64,000 nucleotides of DNA from an uncultured Lentisphaerales bacterium (GTDB taxonomy: Bacteria > Verrucomicrobiota > Lentisphaeria > JABSQK01 > UBA12247): contig CALSSJ010000010.1 in assembly GCA_943788985.1 (NCBI GenBank), forward strand, positions 128,001-192,000, written 5' to 3'. The notes below the pieces were generated by a model. It did not search any database. It was given only the letters and a program-made list of their open reading frames with translations, and was not told the origin of the DNA. Made by a program: the position numbers and the translations under genes. Positions within the stretch are counted from its first letter, which is position 1, and each line of letters starts with the position of its first letter. Positions 10,833 to 19,912 of this stretch are shown in pieces.

Positions 10833-11030
10833 ACGGGCACATCCGTTCCAAGGGGCATAACAGATTCAGCTTCACTAGCGTAGGGCCTGTGCCACAGGAC
10901 AATCACGGCCTAGCTTGTGCTCGCCAAGAGCAAAGATGTGCATACCCTGTATAACGCTGGGCGTATTTCGCCTGTTCTCCGCGCTTAGTCGCCTGAATTC
11001 CGCGAGAACCAGCATTTAGCCAAACTCGTC

Positions 11031-11059
11031 TTGCACAGTTGGGGGCGTTTCAGTACATT
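11031..11059 (+). promoter_or_regulatory. Sigma70-like promoter of the rpsB operon
   Basis: TTGCAC-N17-TACATT followed by a GC-rich discriminator, about 90 nt before rpsB. Confidence 0.6.
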
Positions 11060-11147
11060 AGCCGCTTTTGCGTTTTCGGCGCGTAGCCCGTATGCCGTCG
11101 CATCTATATAACACATTTTTGATTTTCTCGGTCAAGAGGAGGCACAA

Positions 11148-12224
11148 TTGGCAACGGTCACGATTCAGGATTTGCTAGACGCCGGTGTCCATTTCGGACA
11201 TCAGACACAACGCTGGAATCCCAAAATGAAGTCATTCATTCATGGGAAGCGTAATGGGATTCATATCTTCGATCTGCGTCAGACTATCCACGGCCTGAGC
11301 CGTGCCTGTAATTTCGTCTATGAAATTATTGCCGATGGCGGTCAGATTCTGTTTGTCGGCACAAAGCGGCAGGCGCAGGATATTGTTCGCGGCGCTGGCG
11401 AGGCCACTAATATGCACTATGTCTCGGAGCGTTGGCTCGGGGGGACCCTTACGAATAATCAGACGATTCGCAAGAGCATTGATCGCATGGAGGAACTTAC
11501 CCAACTCGAAGAGTCTGGCGAGCTGGCAAAGCGCGGCAAGCGCGAAGCTTCCGCCCTTCGTCGCGAATCCACCAAGTTGACACGCAACTTGTCGGGTATC
11601 GTCAACATGACCGATATGCCCGATGTAGTTTTTGTCGTAGACGTCAATCGCGAGGATATTGCAGTGCGTGAGGCACAGCGCCTCGGCATTCCGATCGTCG
11701 GACTCGTCGATACCAATTCGGACCCTGCCCGTGTCGATCACATCGTCCCAGGCAATGATGACGCGTTGCGCTCCGTAAAGCTTATCACCGACACTATCGT
11801 TGGGAGCGTCCTCGCTGCCAAGGAAATCTTTATCGAGAAGCAGGCTGAAGAAGAAGCTCGTATCGCTGCTGAGCAGGCTGCAAAGAAGGCAGAAGCAGAA
11901 GCTGCACGTGCCGCTGCTGATGCTGCTGCTAAGGCCAAAAAAGCTGAGGCGGAGAAAGCTGCTGTTGACCAAAAGCCTGCTGCTGACCAAAAGCCTGCCG
12001 CTGACCAGAAGCCTGCCGCTGACCAGAAGCCTGCTGCTGCCAAGAAGCCTGCTGCTGCCAAGAAGCCTGCTGCTTCCAAGAAGCCTGCTGCTGCCAAGAA
12101 GCCTGCTGCCAAAAAGCCTGCTGCTAAAAAGCCTGCTGCCAAGAAGGCTGCTCCTGCTGAAAAACCTGCTGCTGCCAAGAGCAAAGACGAAGCTGAGGCC
12201 CCGGCCGAAAAACCCGAAGCGTAA
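11148..12224 (+). CDS. rpsB: 30S ribosomal protein S2 with long Ala/Lys/Pro repeat tail
   Basis: AGVHFGHQTQRWNPKM, RWLGGTLTN and PGNDDALRS. RBS AGGAGG, TTG start. Confidence 0.98.
   Translation: MATVTIQDLLDAGVHFGHQTQRWNPKMKSFIHGKRNGIHIFDLRQTIHGLSRACNFVYEIIADGGQILFVGTKRQAQDIVRGAGEATNMHYVSERWLGGTLTNNQTIRKSIDRMEELTQLEESGELAKRGKREASALRRESTKLTRNLSGIVNMTDMPDVVFVVDVNREDIAVREAQRLGIPIVGLVDTNSDPARVDHIVPGNDDALRSVKLITDTIVGSVLAAKEIFIEKQAEEEARIAAEQAAKKAEAEAARAAADAAAKAKKAEAEKAAVDQKPAADQKPAADQKPAADQKPAAAKKPAAAKKPAASKKPAAAKKPAAKKPAAKKPAAKKAAPAEKPAAAKSKDEAEAPAEKPEA
11961..12177 (+). repeat. Coding tandem repeat (18- and 15-nt units encoding AADQKP / AAAKKP / AAKKP)
   Basis: Repeated gctgctgaccaaaagcct and gctgctgccaagaagcct units. 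Confidence 0.9.
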
Positions 12225-12250
12225 ACCGCACTGCGTATACGATTTCGATG

Positions 12251-12286
12251 AATCACCCGCCGCGGGACCCGCGTCGGGTGATTTTA
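12251..12286 (+). terminator. Hairpin between rpsB and tsf (attenuator or terminator-like)
   Basis: aatcacccg-c-cgcgg-gac-ccgcg-t-cgggtgatt followed by TT. Confidence 0.55.
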
Positions 12287-12327
12287 TATACACGCCTGCG
12301 AACTACCCAAGAAGAGGAATATTGACC

Positions 12328-13134
12328 ATGGCTATTACCGCCGCACAGGTAAAACAGCTCCGGGACAAGACCGGGGCTGGAATGATGGACTGTAAGAAAG
12401 CTCTCACCGCCGCAGACGGCGACTTTGAGCTCGCGATCGAGAATCTCCGCAAAGCCGGGATCGCCAAGGCTGCCAAGAAAGCAGACCGGGCCACCACGGA
12501 AGGTACGATCGTACTTCGCAGCGCTGACGGAGTTTCCGTAGCTGCAGAAGTGCTCTGCGAGACTGATTTTGTCGCCAAGAACGAGCGTTTTGTAGACTAT
12601 TGCCAAGCGTTGCTTGACCGAATCGTCTCGGACCATAGCGAAGACGGTGAGATTGGCGAGGCCGTACGTGCTGCCGAGACCGAGCGCATTGGCGCTCTTG
12701 TCACCAACGTCGGTGAGAACATCCAGATTCGCCGAGTTGCACGCTGGAATACGGACAGTGCAGGCACCTATTCCCATGGTGGGCGCATTGGCGTAGTCGT
12801 GGAGGGCACTGGCCTCAACGAAGAAACCGGGCGACAACTCGGAATGCAGATCGCAGCTGCCAACCCGACCTATATCACACCGGCCGACGTCCCAGCCGAG
12901 TTGATTGCGAAGGAAAAAGAGATTGCCGCAGCCCAGCCTGATTTGGCCAACAAGCCTGCGAACATCATCGACAAGATCCTGATCGGCAAGATCAGCAAGT
13001 GGTACACCGAAGTCTGCCTCACCAAGCAGCCTTGGATCCACGCAGAAGACAAGTCTTCCGTCGAGAAAGCACTCAAGGGCGTAACCATCAAGCGCTTCAT
13101 TCGCTGGTCCGTCGGCGAAGAACTGGAAGGCTAG
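12328..13134 (+). CDS. tsf: Elongation factor Ts
   Basis: [19 protein letters not shown] and CETDFVA. RBS GAGGA. Confidence 0.98.
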   Translation: MAITAAQVKQLRDKTGAGMMDCKKALTAADGDFELAIENLRKAGIAKAAKKADRATTEGTIVLRSADGVSVAAEVLCETDFVAKNERFVDYCQALLDRIVSDHSEDGEIGEAVRAAETERIGALVTNVGENIQIRRVARWNTDSAGTYSHGGRIGVVVEGTGLNEETGRQLGMQIAAANPTYITPADVPAELIAKEKEIAAAQPDLANKPANIIDKILIGKISKWYTEVCLTKQPWIHAEDKSSVEKALKGVTIKRFIRWSVGEELEG

Positions 13135-13139
13135 AAACT

Positions 13140-13865
13140 ATGAATGTCGCGAACTGCCGCCGTATTCTTCTTAAGCTCAGCGGTGAAGCGCTGCAAGGTG
13201 AGGCTGGTGGCGTTGACCCTGCGGCCACCTGTAAACTTGCTGTCGAAGTGAAGTACGCGGCGGATCGCGGTGTTCAAGTAGCCCTCGTCATTGGGGGTGG
13301 CAATATCTTTCGTGGCATGGCCGCATCCCGCAAGGGCATGGACCGCGTCACTGCGGATCACATGGGCATGCTCGCGACCGTGATCAACGCACTCGCCTTG
13401 CAGGATGCCCTTGAGGCCATTGGCGTGCCTACCCGGGTGCAGACCGCCATCCCCATGGACAAGATTGCAGAGCCCTACATTCGCGGCGTTGCCAACGGTC
13501 ACCTCGAGAAGGGCCGCGTCGTCATCTTCGCAGCCGGCATCGGCAACCCGTACTTCACCACCGATACCACGGCCGCTTTGCGGGCCAGCGAGATCGGTGC
13601 CGATGTCGTACTCAAGGCCACCAAGGTAGACGGCGTCTACAGCGCTGACCCAGTTACCAATCCTGATGCTGAGCGCTACTCGCACATCACCTACGAGCAA
13701 GCCATCAGTCGCCAGTTGCGCGTCATGGACATGACTGCCTTCACGCTCTGCATGGAGAATAGCATCCCCATTATCGTCTTCAACTTCCATCGTGAAGACG
13801 GCCTCGAGCGCATCTTCGACGGCGACTTCAGCCAGGCCACCATGGTGGACGGCGAATCTTCCTGA
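13140..13865 (+). CDS. pyrH: UMP kinase
   Basis: [27 protein letters not shown] and GNPYFTTDT. Confidence 0.98.
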   Translation: MNVANCRRILLKLSGEALQGEAGGVDPAATCKLAVEVKYAADRGVQVALVIGGGNIFRGMAASRKGMDRVTADHMGMLATVINALALQDALEAIGVPTRVQTAIPMDKIAEPYIRGVANGHLEKGRVVIFAAGIGNPYFTTDTTAALRASEIGADVVLKATKVDGVYSADPVTNPDAERYSHITYEQAISRQLRVMDMTAFTLCMENSIPIIVFNFHREDGLERIFDGDFSQATMVDGESS

Positions 13866-13869
13866 CTTC

Positions 13870-14985
13870 GTGGGCGCGTACCTCGACAACGCCGCCTCCA
13901 CGCCCCTGCATCCCGAGTTGATTGCAGGATTTGCGGACTCCGCAAACCGCTTCTTTGTCAATCCCGCCTCCGCGTACCCACTCGGGCAGAGCGCCCGTCG
14001 TGAGCTGCTGCGTTGCGAGCAAGTGCTCCTCACCGCGCTCGGCATTCCCGCCGACGAAGCGCAGATCATCTGGACCAGCGGCGGAACCGAGGCGAACAAT
14101 CTCGCTCTTCGCAGCTTCTCCGACTCCGGCCCCATTGTCGTAAGCGCTGCCGAGCATTCCTCCGTCGGCGCTTTGCGTGAGGCCGTGGCTTGCCCCTGGC
14201 GTGTGGTCCCAATTGATGCCGCTGGATCACTGGATCTTGGCGAACTCTGCAACGCCTTGGACAGCACCGTCTCGCTCGTCTCGGTACATGCCGTGCAAAA
14301 CGAGACCGGCGCCCGTCAAGACACCGAGCAGATCGCTGCGATCATTCGCGAGCATGCGCCCCAGGCACGCCTCCATCATGACGCCGTGCAACTAGCTGGC
14401 AAGCTGCCACTGTCCTGGGCGGGCTTAGATATGCTGACGCTATCTGGGCACAAGCTACACGGCCCTGGCGGTGCCGGAGCGCTCATTGTACGCAAGGGTG
14501 TGTCGTTGACGCCGCAGATCCTCGGGGGCGAGCAGCAAGGCAATCTGCGCTCTGGGAGCATCGACGTGTGCGGAGTCCGCAATCTCGCCGAAGCCGTGCG
14601 GCTCACGGTGGAGAAAGCTGCGGACTTCGCAGTTTGCGAACTCCGCAATGCGCTGGTGGCTGGGCTCAGCGAGCTTTCGCTGCCAAACGGTCGCTCCGTG
14701 TTGCTGAATTCACCGCCCGACGGCAGCCCGTACATTGTCAACGCCAGTTTACCTGGCTACGAAGGCGCGGTGCTGGTGCGGATGCTTGGGATGGAGGGCA
14801 TCATGGTCGCTGCTGGCAGCGCCTGTTCGGCGGCAACACGCACGCCTAGCGCGGTCTTGCTGGCAATGGGGCGCAGCCACGAACAGGCCTTTGGAGCCCT
14901 GCGCTTCAGCTTTGGCATCCAGAGTACGCCTAGCGACGTCGAAGCCTGTCTGGCGGCCTTGCGCAAGCTCCTCAAGGACTACTGA
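13870..14985 (+). CDS. Cysteine desulfurase (IscS/NifS family)
   Basis: YLDNAASTP, TSGGTEANN, SGHKLHGP (PLP lysine), GSACS (catalytic Cys) and LRFSFG. Confidence 0.92.
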   Translation: MGAYLDNAASTPLHPELIAGFADSANRFFVNPASAYPLGQSARRELLRCEQVLLTALGIPADEAQIIWTSGGTEANNLALRSFSDSGPIVVSAAEHSSVGALREAVACPWRVVPIDAAGSLDLGELCNALDSTVSLVSVHAVQNETGARQDTEQIAAIIREHAPQARLHHDAVQLAGKLPLSWAGLDMLTLSGHKLHGPGGAGALIVRKGVSLTPQILGGEQQGNLRSGSIDVCGVRNLAEAVRLTVEKAADFAVCELRNALVAGLSELSLPNGRSVLLNSPPDGSPYIVNASLPGYEGAVLVRMLGMEGIMVAAGSACSAATRTPSAVLLAMGRSHEQAFGALRFSFGIQSTPSDVEACLAALRKLLKDY

Positions 14986-14991
14986 GCTACT

Positions 14992-15017
14992 GGGAGCGCA
15001 GGCGGATCGCCTGCTCC
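14992..15017. terminator. Short GC-rich hairpin between convergent genes
   Basis: ggagc-gcaggcg-gat-cgcctgc-tcc. Confidence 0.45.
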
Positions 15018-15097
15018 ACCCCCAAATGCGAACTCCGCAACAAGGCACGGAAGGCCAACCACTGGTTCCCGTTCTTGATCGGCCCCAATTATCCTGG

Positions 15098-15352
15098 CTA
15101 GCGGTCAGCCCAACTGATCTGGAGAATCTTCACGTGCCGATCAGGCCAGTCGGTCCAGAAGTGGATGGCATACTTCTCGAAGACACAGACGTCCAAGAGT
15201 CTGCCCTGCGCATCGGCCGCTACGTAATCGGAGTGACGTTGCGGATACTCGCGGATGGCATGGAGTTGGCCGAGGATCGCCCGCCGCTGCTCCTTCGGCA
15301 GGTCATCCATAAACGCAAGCGCATCGATCTCGATGCGCTTGCGAAAGCTCAC
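15098..15352 (-). CDS. Small protein, putative RelE/ParE-fold toxin
   Basis: 84 aa with a beta-alpha-alpha-beta-beta-beta-like pattern. GTG start overlaps the upstream stop (GTGA). Confidence 0.55.
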   Translation of the reverse strand: MSFRKRIEIDALAFMDDLPKEQRRAILGQLHAIREYPQRHSDYVAADAQGRLLDVCVFEKYAIHFWTDWPDRHVKILQISWADR

Positions 15353-15558
15353 TCGCTGTCTTCTGCCAGGCCAAGACGCTTGTCTAAATCGTCGAGGTCC
15401 ACCCAGTTGGCTGGTGTGTTGTCGTCGATCTTGCCTGCCATACGTTGAGCATGCGCCCGGCGCTCTTCACTCTCTAACGCCAGCAACATGGCCAGGGCTT
15501 TGCGGCGTTCGCTAAGCGGAAGCGCCTGTAATTGTGGCGCGATATCGGCCAGAGCCAT
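15349..15558 (-). CDS. Small protein, putative antitoxin
   Basis: 69 aa, helical, with acidic C-terminus WVDLDDLDKRLG. Lies immediately upstream of the putative toxin. Confidence 0.55.
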   Translation of the reverse strand: MALADIAPQLQALPLSERRKALAMLLALESEERRAHAQRMAGKIDDNTPANWVDLDDLDKRLGLAEDSE

Positions 15559-15982
15559 GGTCTTTCGTCTTTTTACCTGCGTGTCAGTACTCTCCAATAT
15601 CGTCGCCTTGGCTGCGGAAGCAGCTAGCAGTGCAAGAAAATCGGCGCGCCGGGGGAAATTACCGACGTCGACAGTCCCACTTGAGCCCCTGAAAGTCAAC
15701 CGCTGCACATTCTGGAAAATGCCCAGATGGGCGCTGCCATCGTGTCTTCTAGCACCACGAAGGACTCAAAGAGTACGAAGGTTTTAATCCGGGAAGGATT
15801 AATCCAATTTTTCTGTTGCGCTTGGTAGGGAGCAGCGTCACCAAGTTGCCACTAATTCGGGTCTGGGGCGCTTTTCAAGGATGGGGCCGAGATAATCCGG
15901 CCAGAACTTTGAGCTATGCGCGGACGCCGATCAAGTCAGTCAAGGGCAGCAGACCGTTGCCCGCTGGCGGCTTCGGTAGCGC

Positions 15983-17059
15983 CTAGCGGTTCGACAACTG
16001 TACTTGTAGCGCCTCTACCTTGAACCCTGACCGCTGGGCGGTAAGCCCCAATCTAAATGGTGGTTGGGCCGAGAAGCGACCGGAAATGCGAACACCATTC
16101 ACCTCGGCAACCAGTAGGCCGTCACTGGCGGTGATCGTGAGCTTAAATTGTGTAGTTAAGTCCAAGGCCAGCGAACTCGCGCTAGCGACTAACTCCTCTG
16201 CGGATACGTCGTAGATCGTAAATGGCAGGTCATCGTTAATCGCCACGAAGTACGATTGACCATTTGCCCCGGTGATTGAGACGCCCTTTCCGTCCGACTC
16301 ACCAAGCCCCAGAAGCCCTATCTCTCCTCGTAGCCTGAACCAGCGAGGGATACGATTTTTATATTCTAAGGACGAAGTTTTTGAGCTATTGGCGCGAGCA
16401 ATCCTTCCTTTCCGAACGTGCCAGTCTTTGTCCCCGTCTGGCTGCTTCCACTTGGTGGCACGGTCGAGTAAATCCACAGTCTTTTGGTCTTTTTTCTCTT
16501 TCACTCTTGGCGGCTCTTCTGGATCTCCCGTGGGCACCTTTGAGTGTTTTGAGGGTTTTTCGCCAAAGAGGGCCGCCGCCGCTGCGCACTCGCGACGCGC
16601 AGCTTCCGCTCCATCTAGGTCACCTTCACGCACAAGTGACCATTCAATATTAAGGAGCTCCGTCTGGTACTCTTTTAGGATCCGGCTGCGCCTTTCGCGA
16701 TCATGCTGTTCGAGATCCTGACTCGATTCCCGGAATGTACCGCGTGCTGAAACAACTTCTTTAAGAAGCGAAGCGGGTGCGCCATTCATGCTTCGGCTGG
16801 CCTCAAGACGTGCAATCTCGGCCAGAAGTTCCTTTGTCGCCCCCAGACTTCCAGTTTGCTGGTAGTGCGTACGTAGACGCTCTAGTTCCTCGAGATACTG
16901 CTGGACCACCTTGGCTTGATCAGCACGCCCCCTTTCTTCTGAACCGGCCAGCCTCTGCTCCTAGCTATTCCGCAGCGCCGCAATTCCGCCCTGCTGAGCA
17001 GATACCGAAATGCATGCAATCAGGACACTACTAATGATTCTTGTCCAGCGGTTGTTCAT
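15983..17059 (-). pseudogene. Secreted hypothetical protein with one in-frame TAG after the signal peptide
   Basis: ATG 17059 gives the signal-peptide-like MNNRWTRIISSVLIACISVSA. TAG at 16963-16961 is in frame with the 308-aa ORF (helical GDLDGA segment plus beta-rich domain). Confidence 0.6.
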
Positions 17060-17334
17060 GGTGAGCTCGTAATGCGTAAGAAGGAAAATGTCCAGGGGGT
17101 TTGCAACCTATTCTCGGTTGGCGAGGTCGTATCCGAGGTAGGTAGGTTGGAGAAATAGCCATCGGTGGCTGCGTCGATATCTGCCGTGTAATGGCGGAGC
17201 TTGATGACGTCGATGCCGCTGCGCTGTATGCGGTACCAGGCTGGACGGTGAGGCGCAGGTCCCATCTGCTGTGGACAAGGCAGCTGGGCGCTGAGGTCAA
17301 CGGGAAGAGAACAATTGGGTGCCCGACTACTGAG

Positions 17335-19905
17335 CTACGATTGCCGCAGCGCATCGAGCGCAGTGCGGCGGTAGACCTGGACGCTCTGGAGAGCGCCGAT
17401 GGTCAGAGTGAGGCAGACGATGCCGAGAAAGCCGACTGCCGCGCTTGCCCAGCCCGCTGAAAACGGCGTCTCGAAGACAAACAGAGCGAGGCAGCAGGTG
17501 GCAACGAGTGCCTGGCCGATCCCGACGCTCGCGGCGATCGCTCCCACACTGGCAAACTCAGTGGCCATGATCCACAGGATTTGGCGGCGCGAGGCACCGA
17601 CGGATTTGAGCAACACACTCTCGCGCAGGCGTTCCTCGCGCGTGGCCCACAGCGAGGCGCTCAGGACTAGCAGCCCGGTGACCATCGAGAAGCCCGCCAT
17701 GAAGCGAATGGCAAAGGTAATGTTGTCCATGATTCCGCCGAGTGACTTCACGATCAGCGAGAGATCCACCGCGGAAACAGTCGGGTAAGCGGTGACGACC
17801 GCGTGCTGCAGCGTTGCGGACTTCGCAACATCCGGCGCATGGAGCGCCAAGACGTTCGAGTGCGGGGCTTCCTCAAGGACGCCGTTGGGAAAGACGAAGA
17901 AGAAGTTCGGCTGGACCCGATACCAATCGACGATGCGGACTCCGCAAATGACGGTCTCCATCTGCAGCCCCTGGACGTTGAAGGTGACGCTGTCACCGAG
18001 CTTGATCTTCAGGTCTTCTGCGATCCCTTCCTCGATCGTGACTGGAACCGGGCCGTCGTCGAGGCTCGCATGGTTCGGCATGGTCCCCTCTGAGAGTGAC
18101 TCCGAGTCCACCAGTGCGCCGCGATAGGTAGAGCGATATTCGCGGCGCAGCGTCCAGCCCGGGACGCGCTTGCCGCGGGGCAGCTGCTGGTTGGCGTCGC
18201 GAAGCTCCTTCACGGAGCGACCATTGATTGACTCGATCCGCATCGAAACCAGCGGCACCCGGTCATTGATCTCAATGTTGTGGGTGCTTACAAGCTCTTC
18301 GACACCCTCGAGCTGATGCGGCTGAATGTCGAACAAGACGAGGTTGGGGCCGTTGCGATCGTCGCTGCGCTCGAGTTGATCGAGGATTTGGTGCTGACTG
18401 AAGTGCAACGTGGCCAGCAGGAACGAGCCGAGGCCGATGGCCAGGATCAAAACCAGGGTCTGGTTGCCGGGACGATAGAGATTGCGCAGTCCCTGACGGA
18501 TCGGGTACGGCAGCCCACGTACAATCAGGCGCTTGACCACGGCCAATGTGGTCCAGCCGAATAAGCTGAGTAGCCCGACTGCGAGGAGGAGACAGCCAGA
18601 CATCGCAAAGCCATGTAGCCGATTCGGGGCGGTCAGGCCACCGGCAATCACGACGATGGCCACCAGCAGCCCGTACACAGGCCAGCGCCACGGATCCTTG
18701 GGCAGCTCGCCCGCCTCGGGTCGCAAGGCCGCTAGCGGTGAGACCAGGCGAATCCGGATCAGCGGCGGGATCGCGAATAGAGTCGTCCCAATCACACCGG
18801 CGGCAAGGCCGAGGCTTGCTGCCTGCCATGAGAAGGTGGGGGTCAACTCCAGCGGCATCAGCTCGCCGAATACGGCCGGTAGTGCCAGCTGAAGTATACT
18901 GCCCAAGATTGCGCCGGCCAGCCCTCCGAGCACGCCGAGGCCAATCGCCTGAGCGACAAACACAGCGGTAGTCTGGGCGATGGTCCCGCCGAGGCAGCGC
19001 AAGACTGCGATCTCCGCAATCTTACTCCTGACGTGCACGTGAACCGCGGTCCCAATCCCGATTCCTGCCAGCAGCAAGGCGGCGAAGGCCACCAGGTTTA
19101 GAAACTGATAGAGCCGGTCCAGCCGTCTGCCGATCTTGGCTCGGCGAGTTTGGACGGTGTCCCAGGCGACGCCATGCTCGGCTTCCCACGCCTTGGCCTG
19201 CTCGGCGATCGCCGGCAGTTGCTCGGGAGAGGTGAGTTTCAGAAACCTGCGACGGAATACCCGGCTGCCGAAGCGTAGCAGCCCAGTGCCCTGGACCAAG
19301 TCGCCATGGATCAAGACGCGGGGCGCGAATTGTGACATGACCACGGTTTCGCCCGGCATGGCGGTCAGGCTAGCAATGACTTCGAAGCGCTGCTCGCCCA
19401 GCACCATTTCGTCGCCCTGCTGGATTCCTAGCTGCAGCATCAAGCTGCTCTCGAGGATGGCCACGGGGGCCCCGGAGCGAAAGCGTTGCGCGGCCTCCGG
19501 TGGCTCGGTTTCGATCTCGCCGTAGAACGGGAACCCGCCCTCGATGCCACGGACGGCTACCAGGCGCGTCTGATCGTGGCGCGGAAATCGCGCCATGTTG
19601 AAGAAGCGGGTCTCGGTGGCGAACTCCGCAGCTGGCACCTTGCGCAGATAGTCGTCGATCTCGGCCGGAAACTCACCGCGGGAGCGCACGACCAGATCCG
19701 CGCCAAGCAGCGACTTGGCCTGCTGGTCAATAGCACGCGTGACATCGCGCCAGAACGCCTGCAGGGAGACCAGCGCTGCAACGCCCACGGCAATGGACGA
19801 GAGATAGAGCAGCAAACGCCGGCGCTGGCCGCGCGAATCACGCCAGGCAAGGCCCCAGGTATACGGCTGGAACAGGCGTCGCAGCAACGCCCAGAAGAGG
19901 CTCAT
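17335..19905 (-). CDS. ABC transporter permease, FtsX/YbbP-like
   Basis: LAWRDSR, LLGADL, IAVLRCLG, PNLVLFDIQ and LKSVGA. Duplicated FtsX architecture. Confidence 0.92.
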   Translation of the reverse strand: MSLFWALLRRLFQPYTWGLAWRDSRGQRRRLLLYLSSIAVGVAALVSLQAFWRDVTRAIDQQAKSLLGADLVVRSRGEFPAEIDDYLRKVPAAEFATETRFFNMARFPRHDQTRLVAVRGIEGGFPFYGEIETEPPEAAQRFRSGAPVAILESSLMLQLGIQQGDEMVLGEQRFEVIASLTAMPGETVVMSQFAPRVLIHGDLVQGTGLLRFGSRVFRRRFLKLTSPEQLPAIAEQAKAWEAEHGVAWDTVQTRRAKIGRRLDRLYQFLNLVAFAALLLAGIGIGTAVHVHVRSKIAEIAVLRCLGGTIAQTTAVFVAQAIGLGVLGGLAGAILGSILQLALPAVFGELMPLELTPTFSWQAASLGLAAGVIGTTLFAIPPLIRIRLVSPLAALRPEAGELPKDPWRWPVYGLLVAIVVIAGGLTAPNRLHGFAMSGCLLLAVGLLSLFGWTTLAVVKRLIVRGLPYPIRQGLRNLYRPGNQTLVLILAIGLGSFLLATLHFSQHQILDQLERSDDRNGPNLVLFDIQPHQLEGVEELVSTHNIEINDRVPLVSMRIESINGRSVKELRDANQQLPRGKRVPGWTLRREYRSTYRGALVDSESLSEGTMPNHASLDDGPVPVTIEEGIAEDLKIKLGDSVTFNVQGLQMETVICGVRIVDWYRVQPNFFFVFPNGVLEEAPHSNVLALHAPDVAKSATLQHAVVTAYPTVSAVDLSLIVKSLGGIMDNITFAIRFMAGFSMVTGLLVLSASLWATREERLRESVLLKSVGASRRQILWIMATEFASVGAIAASVGIGQALVATCCLALFVFETPFSAGWASAAVGFLGIVCLTLTIGALQSVQVYRRTALDALRQS

Positions 19906-19912
19906 GCGTGCC

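Noticed and set aside
11961..12177. Tandem repeats as a possible CRISPR array
   Set aside because: There are no unique spacers, the repeats are in-frame coding sequence of rpsB, and no cas genes are present.
11232..14267. Long antisense ORFs (353, 262 and 378 aa) opposite rpsB, tsf and pyrH
   Set aside because: These are shadow ORFs from codon bias in GC-rich DNA and carry no motifs.
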